Notes: generated by a model from the sequence alone, not told the origin. Shown: positions 47,642 through 58,875, counted from the first letter of the whole stretch. The stretch: DNA of 63,941 nt, filler included, from Klebsormidium nitens (GCA_000708835.1; 10 parts of 10 records of this genome joined end to end with filler, not necessarily neighbours in it), one strand, 5' to 3'. Numbers and translations are program-made.

Positions 47642-48079
47642 GTGAAGGTTGAGAGAAGCGACCAAATGTGGCAAGGTTTATTTGTAGAGCCGGAAACTGG
47701 CGGTGTTGTGGAAATCAGCAACAGCGTTTCCAGCAGCTCGGAACCAGCTGTTTGGAATGCATCAAAGTTAGGCTCGGGTAAAACCATGACTAAAGAGAAG
47801 CTCGCAACATCTTACAAAAGGGAGGATGACTTGGTGGCAGAATTGCGCCGGAGTTACGATGAAAACCAAGACATTCAAAGCACGCTCCAAGAGACGGCAG
47901 AAAAGCTGGAAGAAACAGAGGCAGAGCTGGACGAAGAGCAGCGTCAGAACGAGTATCATAAAAGGAAGTGTGTAGAGCTAGAAAGAGCTTTGAAGCGAAG
48001 TAAGGAAGAAGCAAGCTTGTTGAAGTTTGGATTAGAATACAAGGGACTTCAGTCACACACTGCCCAGAAAAAGATTTGA
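47642..48079 (+). CDS. Coiled-coil ORF within the Gypsy-like element
   Basis: Heptad-like E/K/L-rich run (LQETAEKLEETEAELDEEQRQ). Confidence 0.5.
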   Translation: MKVERSDQMWQGLFVEPETGGVVEISNSVSSSSEPAVWNASKLGSGKTMTKEKLATSYKREDDLVAELRRSYDENQDIQSTLQETAEKLEETEAELDEEQRQNEYHKRKCVELERALKRSKEEASLLKFGLEYKGLQSHTAQKKI

Positions 48080-48134
48080 AACAAAAAAAGAGAAGAGGGG
48101 TTTAAATAACAGAAGGGTTAAGATCGACGCAAGT

Positions 48135-48656
48135 ATGAGTTCGAATACAGTTCAGAGGGGAGTCCGGGGTGGCTGGATGGTACCTTACACGGGGCATAGT
48201 GATCCAGCGGCATGGTTACGCACTGTTCGTGCTGTGGCAGAGGCAAATGGGTGGTCGGATGCAAAGTGCAAAAGTATGGCATGTGCATTTATACAAGGGG
48301 ATGCAGATGAGTGGTTAGAGTCAAACAAGGACTTCGAAGGATGGTCCTTCGAAGAGTTTGGAAAGGCACTTGTGAGAAAGTTTTCTTTGGTGCAGACGCA
48401 TCGTGTACATAGGAAGAGGGGATCAGCACGGGCTAGATTGTGCTACGCATGTCGGAAAAGAGGTCATCTGGCAAAAGACTGTCCAGATCGTGCAAATGAT
48501 GATGGTATAGGCAAGCTTTGTTCGGCAGCAAGTGGTTTAGATATTGCAGAAAAGGCCGAAACCAGAGGGCCACAAAAAGATGAAGGGGAGGTGGTCAAAG
48601 GTTCTGAATTTTCCTTTAGGCAGGCACTGAAAGGATGGTCTACTCCAAATAGGTAA
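48135..48656 (+). CDS. gag: Retrotransposon gag with CCHC zinc knuckle
   Basis: YTGHSDPAAWL..ANGWSD..IQGDADEW..F..ALVRKF; CYACRKRGHLAKDC. Confidence 0.88.
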   Translation: MSSNTVQRGVRGGWMVPYTGHSDPAAWLRTVRAVAEANGWSDAKCKSMACAFIQGDADEWLESNKDFEGWSFEEFGKALVRKFSLVQTHRVHRKRGSARARLCYACRKRGHLAKDCPDRANDDGIGKLCSAASGLDIAEKAETRGPQKDEGEVVKGSEFSFRQALKGWSTPNR

Positions 48657-49639
48657 ACACATCCATGAGGTGGGCTCCCACCCACCCTCCCAAGTCAGGA
48701 TAAGGCTTCCGCTGCCATAGGGGATAGGTCGACGGGGACGTCTCCAAAATAAGAGGGGAGGGGTCGAGGTGAAGCTCTGAGGCTTGACTCGATTTAAGGA
48801 AGTTCGCTTTAGGGACTTGTGGTTTTAACGGTTAGAGGGTTGACTGGATACCCGAATGGGCATGTATCTAGACTCAGTCAAAGGGAAAGGACCAGCTTAA
48901 TGATCGGTGGCACTGGATGTGAAAACAAACATATGGGGCATATTGGAGTGGCTGTCAGGTCGTTGGGCAGATGGGCAGAAATCAGATTATGGCCGCGCAA
49001 CTTTTTAGTAAGGTGGCTGCCAGGAACCATACAGCAGCCGGTGAGGAGAGGATCTGAGCCATGAATTCTACGAATTGGGCTCAAATCAAATCGAAGCTGG
49101 GGTGAAAGGCCTTTAAGCTTGTAAATATTGGAGGACCAATAGTCTAAGGGGGGAAGATTCACAGCNNNNNNNNNNNNNNNNNNNNNNNNNNNNNNNNNNN
49201 NNNNNNNNNTTAATTAATTAANNNNNNNNNNNNNNNNNNNNNNNNNNNNNNNNNNNNNNNNNNNNTCACCGTCGTACACACCCTATGCAAGCCCCATTAA
49301 CACAGTCTCCGGGCGCAATCCCGATTGCTGCAACTACTCTATCCGACACGCGATCCTCACCACCCCCACTCTTGACCCCATCACTCCCACCACAACCATC
49401 TTCTGAGAGCGATGGGCGCCCAGTGCAATCTCCCTTGCCTCCAATGCATCCTCAACTTGTTACCCCAAGACGCTCCTTCCGTATCCGATCCCGAACCGAG
49501 TTGCATTGGGGTACAACTGGCCATCGAACCAAACGTCGCCGCATCGATACACTGACCGTACCTGATTTGTGTTTGTAGGTGGGTTTTTCCCACCGTTTGT
49601 CTGCCCTAGAGGCGTACGCTAGTCTGCGAGTTCCAGCTG

Positions 49640-50545
49640 ATGAGCCGCACGTGCAAGACGGTATTTACCCAAAAAAAAAAATCAAAAACAAAGTTGAGTG
49701 AGGCAGAAGAGAGGTGCTGCATGATGCAGGCACTCAAGCAATCCTCTTGTTTGGGTTCTGGTATGGCTATCGGTGTGACTTCAGGGCAGAGGCATCAGGC
49801 ACCTTCGATGTTGTTCGGTGCTGTTCGACGTCCATCTTCGCAGGCAAGCAAGACATACATGACGGCGAGTGAGATCAAGAGTTCTTCAAAAGTGGTGCAT
49901 GTGCTAGACCCAGACTCCGGCAGAAGGACAAGAGTCAAGCTGCGCAACCAGGCATCCCTCTCCGATTTTCTGAGAAATTCTGGCATTGGTTTTCTGAGAG
50001 ATGCAGAGTCGGACGAGGCACTCTACACAGATGATTTCGATGACTTTGTGGATGGCAAAACCTATCTTTGTGGCCCCCAAAAACTCACAGAAACTGTCAA
50101 CATCATGCACCGCGAACGAAGCAATGTAATCAAGGGGGATGAAGATGAGCTAGCAGAAGCTCTACTTGGACTCTTCAGGCAGAGGGGAATAGCACTCGAA
50201 AGCAGACCAGAACTAAGGGCTCTGTCACGTAGAGAGGTTGATACAGTGCTGATTGGCAAGAGCTCTGTTGTGATTGGCTTTTACTGCACAAAGTTGGATG
50301 AAGGAGAATTGCAAGATGCTTCTGATAAGGTAGCTGGTATGCTGAGGGATGCTGCTCTTGGTGAGGAGGACCTGGCGTATCTGCTGAACAAAAACATATA
50401 TGTGGCTCAGATGGCCACTTGGATACCTCCAAAAGACCTGGTCAAGCTTCAAGACTCCGCAAAAAAGAAGAAGATCATCCTCCTGAAGAAGAATGGCAGC
50501 AACTTCACAATAAGGAGCAGCACTCCTGTCCAGATATTCAGCTGA
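49640..50545 (+). CDS. Intronless hypothetical protein, possible degenerate PD-(D/E)XK-like fold
   Basis: 301-codon ORF; REVDTVLIGKSSVVIGFYCTKL resembles the E-D-(E)xK core without the second acidic residue. True start uncertain. Confidence 0.5.
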   Translation: MSRTCKTVFTQKKKSKTKLSEAEERCCMMQALKQSSCLGSGMAIGVTSGQRHQAPSMLFGAVRRPSSQASKTYMTASEIKSSSKVVHVLDPDSGRRTRVKLRNQASLSDFLRNSGIGFLRDAESDEALYTDDFDDFVDGKTYLCGPQKLTETVNIMHRERSNVIKGDEDELAEALLGLFRQRGIALESRPELRALSRREVDTVLIGKSSVVIGFYCTKLDEGELQDASDKVAGMLRDAALGEEDLAYLLNKNIYVAQMATWIPPKDLVKLQDSAKKKKIILLKKNGSNFTIRSSTPVQIFS

Positions 50546-50633
50546 CCAGATTTCAACGTGTAGTATCGGTGAGCTTTTTCCCTCTTTCTGACCAGGTTAT
50601 TTGCTGAGAGGTCGGAATCAACACATTGTTAGC

Positions 50634-50641
50634 ACTTAAAG
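50634..50641 (+). promoter_or_regulatory. ACTTAAAG upstream motif (38 nt before ATG 50672)
   Basis: The same motif recurs at 53034 and 53441 at similar spacing. Confidence 0.55.
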
Positions 50642-50671
50642 AGAACACAACTAAACATCTCAAAGCACACA

Positions 50672-51532
50672 ATGCCAGATTATCAGCTTTCCGAAATCTA
50701 CAAGATTGAGGTTCCAAATCAGGGACTGTATATTGGAAACACATCTCAGCGAAAGTTAAGTTCACGTAGAGCTGGTCATGTTAGAGACTCTGTTCGCATT
50801 CCCGACTCCATCCCTCTTTACTCAGCAATCAACTCTCGTCCTGAAAAGTGGGAAGGCATAAAGATTATCCTGTTGGAAAGCTTTCCGTGCACCAATCATG
50901 ATGAACTGGAAGCTAGGTATCAGGACTGGGTTTGTCGCCTGAAGCCAAATCTGAATCCAGACACAGTCTCTGCAGAGGAGAAAGCTGAGTCAAAAAGAGA
51001 ATTATTGACTGCTGACTACAGCAGATGGGGTAAAATTTACAAGATTGTGATTGGTGAGGAGATGTACATAGGGAGCACAGGGAGAAGGCTTTTGACTCCA
51101 AGAAAGAATCGCCATATGCAAGATTCAAGGCTTCCAGAGCGTGCTCATTATCCTCTGTACAAGCTTGTCAACTCACTTCCAGAAAAGTGGAATGAAATCG
51201 ATCTCGAGCTCCTTGAGGACTTCCCCTGTTCTTCTGCTGCCGAGTTGCATAAGCGTGAAGGGTACTGGATTAAGCTCCTGAAACCATCATTGAATCAAGT
51301 TGTAGCTGGTCGTGATGCAAAGGAGTATCGCACAGACCATGACGAAAAGTGCAAGGAATATAGTAGGCAAAGATACTTAGCCAACAAGGAACTCTTTGCA
51401 AGGCAACATCAGATTCGAGCAAAGATTCGGAAAGCGTGTCCCATTTGTAAGACTGAAATCAGTCAATATCATCTTCGACGCCACGTTCAAACCGTTCACA
51501 AAGGACTTACAACTCAGCCAGCTCATGACTAA
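50672..51532 (+). CDS. Tandem GIY-YIG endonuclease with a C-terminal C2H2-like finger
   Basis: IYKI..LYIGNT..R..H..FPC..EL..LN occurs twice; tail CPIC..HLRRH. Confidence 0.92.
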   Translation: MPDYQLSEIYKIEVPNQGLYIGNTSQRKLSSRRAGHVRDSVRIPDSIPLYSAINSRPEKWEGIKIILLESFPCTNHDELEARYQDWVCRLKPNLNPDTVSAEEKAESKRELLTADYSRWGKIYKIVIGEEMYIGSTGRRLLTPRKNRHMQDSRLPERAHYPLYKLVNSLPEKWNEIDLELLEDFPCSSAAELHKREGYWIKLLKPSLNQVVAGRDAKEYRTDHDEKCKEYSRQRYLANKELFARQHQIRAKIRKACPICKTEISQYHLRRHVQTVHKGLTTQPAHD

Positions 51533-52692
51533 GCTGGCTTATCTTTTTTATATTGGAGTCGATCTGTTCTCGAAGTTTTTTTATCTCAGCTAACTTCGCG
51601 TCCTTTTCTGCAGCTCGGATAGCTCGGGTTTCATCTGTATCGGGCTGATTATAATAAGCTTGCAGTCCAACACTCGAAGCCATCTGCCATGCCAATTCCT
51701 CCCGTTCGCGCACCGAAGGATTCTGAGCCAATGCATTTGTTATTTTCAGGTGCCTGAGATTGTTCTGCCCTACAGAAACGCCCAACACCTTCTTGAAGGT
51801 ATCCGTGACGTACTTGGAGAACGTACCACTAGTATACGGGTCACGATTAGTATTCTCAAACACAAAACGCCGTTTGTGCTCAGCTAGGTTGGTTTTAATC
51901 ACTTCATACAAGACTCCCGTAAGCTTTGCATCGTAGGTTCCATAGGCCTTAGCGGTTTTGTAATCTGAGATACTCATATGAGCACACTTGTTTCGAGTAT
52001 CCAGCCACATCTTGTTAGGTTGTTTAGACTTATCGAAATCGGACTTATTTTTGAACACCTCCATCTTGGCATAATCGGATAAGCGCCTTGGTGGAATTAG
52101 TACATTGAGAGCCACCAATAGATGTGCATTGGATGCAAATTGTTCTTTTCGCAATCGCTTCTCGAGTTCTACAATGTCTTTCCGTGTGATTCGTCTGCAT
52201 CATAAAGTCGAAGTATTTCTGTTGCACACCATCTGTTACTTGTAATGTTGTATGCTTGATGATTGAAACGCATGCAGTGCTATAAGCTCTACGTGAATTC
52301 AGATTCGTATACCTATCTCGAATGTACCCAATCACTTTGTCTGGTTTCTTAATCATTTTCTGCAGATCTGTTTCCCGCAATGACTTAGCGATGAACTCCA
52401 ACTTTCTAACGTAGTCTTGTTTTGTATCTGGTGCAAGGTTCTGGTTTCTCTCAATCTGTTCACTTGTCTGTTCAACCGTAACGACCTTTTCTTTACCCGT
52501 ACCTTTAGCAGCACGTCTGGTTGGCTTTGGCTTTGCAGCAGGTGGGGGTGGAGCAGGTGCAGGGGCTGGTTCAGGGGCTGCAGGTTTGCTTCTCGTGCTT
52601 CTGGTTGCCGCCGCCGCAACAGACTGTGCAGCTGGCTCGGTATCTATGTCTATTGTCTTGCCTGCATTCTTGCTCCCTCTAGTTCGTGGCAT
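51507..52692 (-). pseudogene. Tyrosine recombinase/integrase (virophage/PLV OLV11-like), frameshifted
   Basis: PPRRLSDY, DYKTAKAYG, NNLRH, QMASS..QAYY. The N- and C-terminal ORFs are out of frame near 52185. Confidence 0.85.
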
Positions 52693-52762
52693 GGTTTCGT
52701 TCTTTACTACAAGGAGGATATATAAATTCGGGTTGTATATTCCGCATTATTTTCTCAATAGA

Positions 52763-53013
52763 ATGAAAATGGAGATTAGCGTCCCAACGAATCCCACAGA
52801 ATTGAAAAAGTTGCATTCATTCTGTCAAAGGCTATGGTATCACAGTCTTCCACCGAGAAAAAGAAGGTGCTGCTTGATAAGCAGCGTATAAAAGCTAGGG
52901 AAAAGTATCATAATGATCCTGAGCATGCTGAAAAGGTAAGAGTTTATCAAAAGGAACGCTATCATCGTAACAAAGCCGCGGCAACTGCCTCGAATGCAAA
53001 TCAAGAAATTTAG
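52763..53013 (+). pseudogene. Small basic ORF with a 1-nt frameshift
   Basis: MKMEISVPTN..YHSLP then EKKKVLLDKQRIKAREKYHNDPEHAEKVR..*; the span is 251 nt. Confidence 0.6.
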
Positions 53014-53033
53014 TTTTGCACAAAAGTAAAACT

Positions 53034-53041
53034 ACTTAAAG
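53034..53041 (+). promoter_or_regulatory. ACTTAAAG upstream motif (35 nt before ATG 53069)
   Basis: Recurrent motif. Confidence 0.55.
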
Positions 53042-53068
53042 GAATATTACCTTATATTATTAGTAAGA

Positions 53069-53407
53069 ATGGATATCGAAGCATTGACTGCGACCATCAA
53101 GGCGTTTGCTTTGACACAGATTGCGGAACACATCAAAATGGCTGTCGAAAATGCACCAGAACCCTCGGTGAAACTTTCAACTCGGTACAAAGAAGATACT
53201 GAATATGCAGACAAAGTTCGTACAGCTGCTCGCGAGCGGTTTCATAAGCTGAGCAAAGAGGAACGTGACCAGATCAATCAACGAAGCAACGAAAGGTATA
53301 AAATTGACCCAGAATATCGGGAGAAGAAGCGACTAAGAGCTAAGGAAAGATCAGCAAGACTCCGAGAAGAACGTCGGGCGGCTAGAGCGGCTGCCAAAAA
53401 AGTATGA
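53069..53407 (+). CDS. Small basic helical protein with RYxxDxEY repeats
   Basis: RYKEDTEYADK and RYKIDPEYREK; similar to the preceding ORF. Confidence 0.75.
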   Translation: MDIEALTATIKAFALTQIAEHIKMAVENAPEPSVKLSTRYKEDTEYADKVRTAARERFHKLSKEERDQINQRSNERYKIDPEYREKKRLRAKERSARLREERRAARAAAKKV

Positions 53408-53440
53408 TTATGTTTTCTTTTTTGTACTAAAATGAAAAGC

Positions 53441-53448
53441 ACTTAAAG
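53441..53448 (+). promoter_or_regulatory. ACTTAAAG upstream motif (32 nt before ATG 53473)
   Basis: The 13-mer gcacttaaagaga is identical to 50632-50644. Confidence 0.55.
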
Positions 53449-53472
53449 AGATAGCCTTTCGTTGCAGTATAA

Positions 53473-53688
53473 ATGAACCAACCGGTTACAACCCCTGGGC
53501 AAGAATATGCACGGATTCTGAAGGATAAGCTTTTCGGGCAGACTGGTGCCAAGTCTTTTCGCTACTTTTATTACGCAGGAGGAAATAAGCAATCTCGTTT
53601 TAACTACTTCATGCAACGGTTTGGTGACGTGTCGCTTCAGCCCGACTTTGTAGAAGAGTGTGAATGTAACGATTACGACTGGTTAAGT
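53473..53688 (+). CDS. Partial hypothetical ORF (truncated by gap)
   Basis: ATG in AT-rich context after the motif; open to the gap. Confidence 0.55.
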
Positions 53689-56474
53689 NNNNNNNNNNNN
53701 NNNNNNNNNNNNNNNNNNNNNNNNNNNNNNNNTTAATTAATTAANNNNNNNNNNNNNNNNNNNNNNNNNNNNNNNNNNNNNNNNNNNNCATGGCTGCCAT
53801 CAACGTGTGATGAGCATGAGCAACCGGGCAACTACGATAAGACCCGATGACGAGTGAAACTACACAATTCTAGTCCCCTACAAGGTGAATCTCAACAAGA
53901 GCAGATCGGAAGCAGATTGGTTGTAAATTAAGTTCTAACAGCCATTCTTATTTCTAATTTTAGTATCCTTGCTGAGCTTTAAGTGTTTGCATTAAGAGAG
54001 AGCAGAAGACACAAGAAAACGACGTAAGGAAACTCCTTCTGTCAACTGCAGGGCAAAATCACCTTTTCGCGGCAACTACTAGGGTGAACACACTTTCCAG
54101 CGCGCAACGGCGCAGAAAGCAAAACTTCTTTTCTCAGCATTCAACACAGCATCACTCCTATCCTGATGCATGCTTAAAACTCACACCCTATTCAATCAAA
54201 GCTACCCACGTCTTGCTTGATAGACTTCAAAACACTTCACTATGAAAACACTTCACTATGACTCTATCAAATTTTGGCCCGGTTCTGATCAAATTTGGTC
54301 AGAAGACATGCTACTTTTTGTCGCAAGTTTTACATGATGGGTCCACTGGCAGGGCACCCTTCATCCATCAGACCCAAATGAAGTCTCAGCCTTGAGGAAA
54401 AACTTCAACTAGTCAGTCTGACTCAATTCTTGACGCTAGAATGTGCTAACGGGGACAACTTCAAAACAGTTAGCTTTAACCAGCCCTAGTTAGCCTAACC
54501 AGACCTGATTTTCTGCGCCCCGCTGACAGCCATGGAAGGGCAGCAGCGGGGACACCCTACACCAAGTTATCAGCCATGAATCATAATAAGACATATGCAA
54601 TTCAACTTGTTAGCATAGCAAGTAGAGGCCAAAATCCAAAAAGCCTCTAGCTTTCCCCCGAACCGCGCGCACCGAACATTTAAGAAAGGTAAGCATGGAT
54701 CTGAAAAAGGGGAAAGGGGGACCTCTGCAAATTTTTATCTTCTGTTGATGTGGCCCCTCTGCTGACCAACTTTGCATTAACAGCAAAACATAGGCTCACA
54801 AGTGAAATGAGCATATAACAAGCTTTTCAAGGGTTCAACTTTTAACCCCCCGGGAGTTGTGACATAATGCTTTCTTTCAGCAATCTTTCTCAGCCCTTAG
54901 CATGAGGATGTCTTTAGACCCCTGTAGATCAGATCTACCTGCTCAAATCGCTTTCCCTGCTGATTTGAACACTTTCAACCTCCGCTGTTTTCAAAAGCCC
55001 TCTGATTGCCTAGGCCACTTTTCCAAGCAGAAGGCACAGCGCAAAACAGGTCCAGAGCTGGAAATTTTAAGATAGGGGCTGCTCATTAAGGTTATACCAG
55101 GTCTTCAAAGAGTTGCATCTGAGAGAAACTCACAGATGAGGTCAAAGTGAGCTCATGTTTACATGCACCCCCCAATATTCCAGTTTTTCAGAATTTTATC
55201 GGCACATGCGCGCACTCGGCGCAAGGTTTGGGCAGGGCAGAGAGTTCAACAGCCTTCCCTTCAGTCACAAAGGTTACTGAGAGCACATCCATTCTGAAAT
55301 AACCTTCTGCAGTGGCTCAAATTGGCTGTAAGAAACTAATTTCAAAAGGGGGCACATTTCGGTGCCATTTTGGGCATTTTGCCACGAGCGATCTTTTGAA
55401 ATGAAGCCATTTAGTAAGAACTAGCAGAGAAAGTCTTTCAACAGCATTAGAATGGACATGACTTACACAGCCTGCTCTTCTTGCAATTGTTCTTTCACCT
55501 CCCGTGATACGCCACGTGCCTTTCGCCTCCAAGAAGCCCCCCGGCACTTTCCACGCGGCTAAACTTGCAAATTCTCAGAGGATAGGCTCGTCAAGGCAAA
55601 TGGGGTGCTCAATCCTGTCTTGAGAGGCGCCTTTTGACTGCTCAAAATCTTCAAAGAAAGTTATGCTCCTCGAAAGTGGCGTTCGGAGTTGTAATGCAGG
55701 CCTCCACTGTGACTAGTGACTCCAGCAATTATGCGGGTATCACTGGGTACTTGGTTCACACTTGGTGCACCAGTCTGCACTGCAAATGGTTACCATTTTT
55801 GTATTTTCGTACTCGGCCGCAAATCCGTCGGCCAACGGCCGACTTCCGGCAACTAATGCCGGCAAATAGTTAGTCTGACGCAGCCCGTCGGCACTTGATT
55901 TAGTTTATGAATTAAATCGTTGATAAATTAGTGACGGCGATTCGCGGAATTGGCGAATTGGTCGTTACCGGGGCTCAGTCTTTAGTGGTTTCAAGCTGTA
56001 AAACCACTCGGAATATGCGTGTATTACCCAGCACAGTAACCTTGCCCTTTGGGTAATGTCTGCACTTAGACTTGAGATTTTGTAGCCCAAGTAGTTCTGT
56101 AAGTGCCCGGGATCGGGACAAGAGTCAGTTCAAATCCTTCAGTCAAATAGATTCACAAACCGTGTGCTTATGAAAATAAATTGACTCAGTCAGAGAATAG
56201 TAACTTACCTCAAGGGATAATTCTCGGAATTATCCGCCAGCAGATGTAGTAAAGTGTAGTCCAGAACAGCTCGTATTCGATCGCAGGTTCTCAGGTCCGG
56301 TACTTGAAATTCCCCAAGGCTCCCAAGCGGTTATGCAAAAATTCAAGATTTCTGCGCACCACCGAGCTCTTTTCACGTGTTAAATTCCGGGGAGGCGGCG
56401 AGCGAATGCATATCGAAAGCTTATACTCGGAATGACTGTGAAATCGATGGAATTTGCAGTGGTCGTGGAGGCTT

Positions 56475-56550
56475 GAATAAGCGAATGGGAGATGCTGAAA
56501 TCACTATGGAAGGAATAAGCGAATGGGAGATGCTCAAATCACTATGGAAG
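56475..56550 (+). repeat. 38-bp tandem duplication
   Basis: gaataagcgaatgggagatgct(g/c)aaatcactatggaag occurs twice. Confidence 0.95.
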
Positions 56551-58643
56551 ATGTACGTGACTTGTATCGCTTTTTGCTTACACGTGAAAAGAGGACGATT
56601 CTAACTTCTGGCATCAATTTATAGTCTACCAAATCTAGGTCGACCAGTCTTGAAGTGGACTTCCTCCGTCAGACTCGTGTCTCGAACCATGTGTTGCACG
56701 TGGTAGTGTCGACAGTCACGGAATTGCTCATGGGGTGCCATGTGGCGCTATGAGACTGTCGCGCGTTTGCAGCCTTGACACTAAAGGTTGAACGCTAGTC
56801 GCAATCCGAGTCTTGCTCGCAATTGGTGCGAAAGATCGCAAGATCTTTTGCCGCGTGGCAATTGGCTATTCGTTCCCTCTGCCCGCCTTGCAAGATAACA
56901 CCTTACCTAGGTGACGTCGATATATTATCCTAGTGCGTACACCGCCGAAATGACTGCATCGTACGATGGTCGAGTCGCGACAGGCTGCGCAAGCCGTCGA
57001 TTCCGTATCGCATGCTCATCGAGTCGCAACCCTATCATTTGTGTCAGCGCAATAGTCGGGATTGAGTCCCGTTCGCCAATACGACCGTCGACGTCTAAAT
57101 CGGAACTCGCGATTGTGCGCGCGTTGAACGGGCGCCAATGTTCGAAGTGCGCGTTGCTCCTTGTCGCGTTTAGAGCGCAGGCTTGGCCGCGGCCGCCCAG
57201 GGCGCGCGCCATACTTAGCCTCGCTGTTATCAGGACTCTAGCGAGGAGCAATTACACCGAGCTTACATCACATGACACGAGACATGACTCGCTGCGCATG
57301 AAAATGTGCTTTTCGGTCTGGCATAAAGCACGTCGAGAAGTGGAACATTCAGCTCGCATGGAGCAAAACAGGCAATATTGGTGCGCATGTTGTCAACAGG
57401 ATTGTCCGGCTGGCAAAGAGCCAGCACAGAGGTCCCGGTAATGTAACTACCGTGTAAGCGTTCACTCTGAAGACGGGCGGTAGTGTCACTCTTGCGGCCA
57501 CGCAACCTAGCTCCACTACTTCCCAGAAGTCCCTATGTCGGGCTTTGGATACAAAGCCTCGCGCAGGGTAGGCCCACTGCATGAGCCACACGCCTTCTGT
57601 AGTCTTGAATGTGGGGCGGAACCCAAGTGCATCCCATTTCGAGGTTTCGCGGGGCACGTCAGGGGGCATAGGCTTAGCCTGCGTTCAAAGAGCCCGTGGA
57701 TTAGAATCGCGGAAGAGGAGCTTGCGTTCATGCGTCCGCGCAAGCATGCTCGACGGCCAACCCGACCAAGGATGACGCGAAGCGGTCACAGAGCAAGATA
57801 TGCAACGATACCTGGTCAAGATAATTTGCGTGCACGAACGAGGCCGAGCAGGCAGGAGTCTCTTATATGGGCTCCTCTCGACCACGTGTTTGTCGCAGGC
57901 AAATTCGCAAGCATCTCAAGCGGTGGTGCCTCGTTTGCTATCAATCACCGGCTGACCTTGTTCCATAGAATTGGGGGACTTCCTGCGAAAGCATCAGGAG
58001 AACAAGCGCCCTCCTTGCTTTCCGCGGGCTAGCATGCGTTGTGTAAGCTTGATAGGTTGAAGTACCTCATTACAAGCAAAAGCGGTCGATGATGGTGCGA
58101 CCGCTTCACACGCTTGGCTTGCGGGGGACTGCTTGCCGCTTGTGGTGGATGCTCCCGCCCCTCTCCCTCCGCTGCTCCAATTCCGGCCCCACTCGACGTC
58201 GCCGCCCTCATTTCACTTTGTTGAACAGCTCCCGCAGTTGCGGCGCCTAATCTTTCAGTAAGATTTCCATTAATTCCGCTTCTTTGCGTTGCTGCTGTCG
58301 CAACATCAGTACCCCCCGCCCGCATACGAACATTGCCGGGCCCCAAGGGCAGTGTTAGCGCGACCGAAGCACGCAGGGCCCTTGTCACCGTTGCCACGAC
58401 ACCATTTCCCCCCACGTTCGCAACGCTCGAGGTCGCCACTCCCTACTTCAATAGCTCCGATGCACACCGCTGCAGTCCATACCATTCTCGGATCGACGGC
58501 CCTCCTTGCCGGCGCCTCTGCGATATCGCACCCNNNNNNNNNNNNNNNNNNNNNNNNNNNNNNNNNNNNNNNNNNNNTTAATTAATTAANNNNNNNNNNN
58601 NNNNNNNNNNNNNNNNNNNNNNNNNNNNNNNNNTCATTTACGG

Positions 58644-58875
58644 GGTGTGGTCCAGAGCTAAAAGTGCCCACCATTTGCTTAATTAATGGCAGACATGGCC
58701 GGCCGGCCTGCCCCACAAACTGACCGGCCCACACCTTGCATACGGCTCTTCCTTGCAAAACAGGAGGCTTCGTAAAGAATCATTGACTGGGTGTGGTCCA
58801 GTGCCGAGAGTGCTTACTTGATAGGAAGGATGGCAGGTCCAACTTTACCGACGGCGTAACTGACCGGACCACACC
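58644..58875. repeat. Cluster of GGTGTGGTCCA/GGACCACACC motifs in alternating orientation
   Basis: At 58644, 58726 (variant), 58790 and 58866. Confidence 0.75.

Larger units (their letters stand above)
45985..49165 (+). mobile_element. Gypsy-like LTR element, apparently gag-only
   Basis: Putative 5' LTR from tgtaat at 45985, PBS tggtatcag at 46221-46229, long leader, gag, purine tract at ~48751-48763; no pol seen before the gap. Confidence 0.65.
50600..53688. mobile_element. Polinton-like-virus/virophage-like endogenous segment (right end in gap)
   Basis: Intronless, AT-richer and compact: tandem GIY-YIG, tyrosine recombinase, small basic ORFs and a shared upstream motif. No capsid gene in the window. 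Confidence 0.65.

Noticed and set aside
49266-49600. Pro/Ser-rich ORF with an RRSxRxR motif
   Set aside because: Possibly a retrotransposon linker remnant, but too short and low-complexity to call.
53789-58533. Short ORFs across this contig
   Set aside because: No recognisable domains or consistent exon chain; they overlap on both strands as expected by chance.
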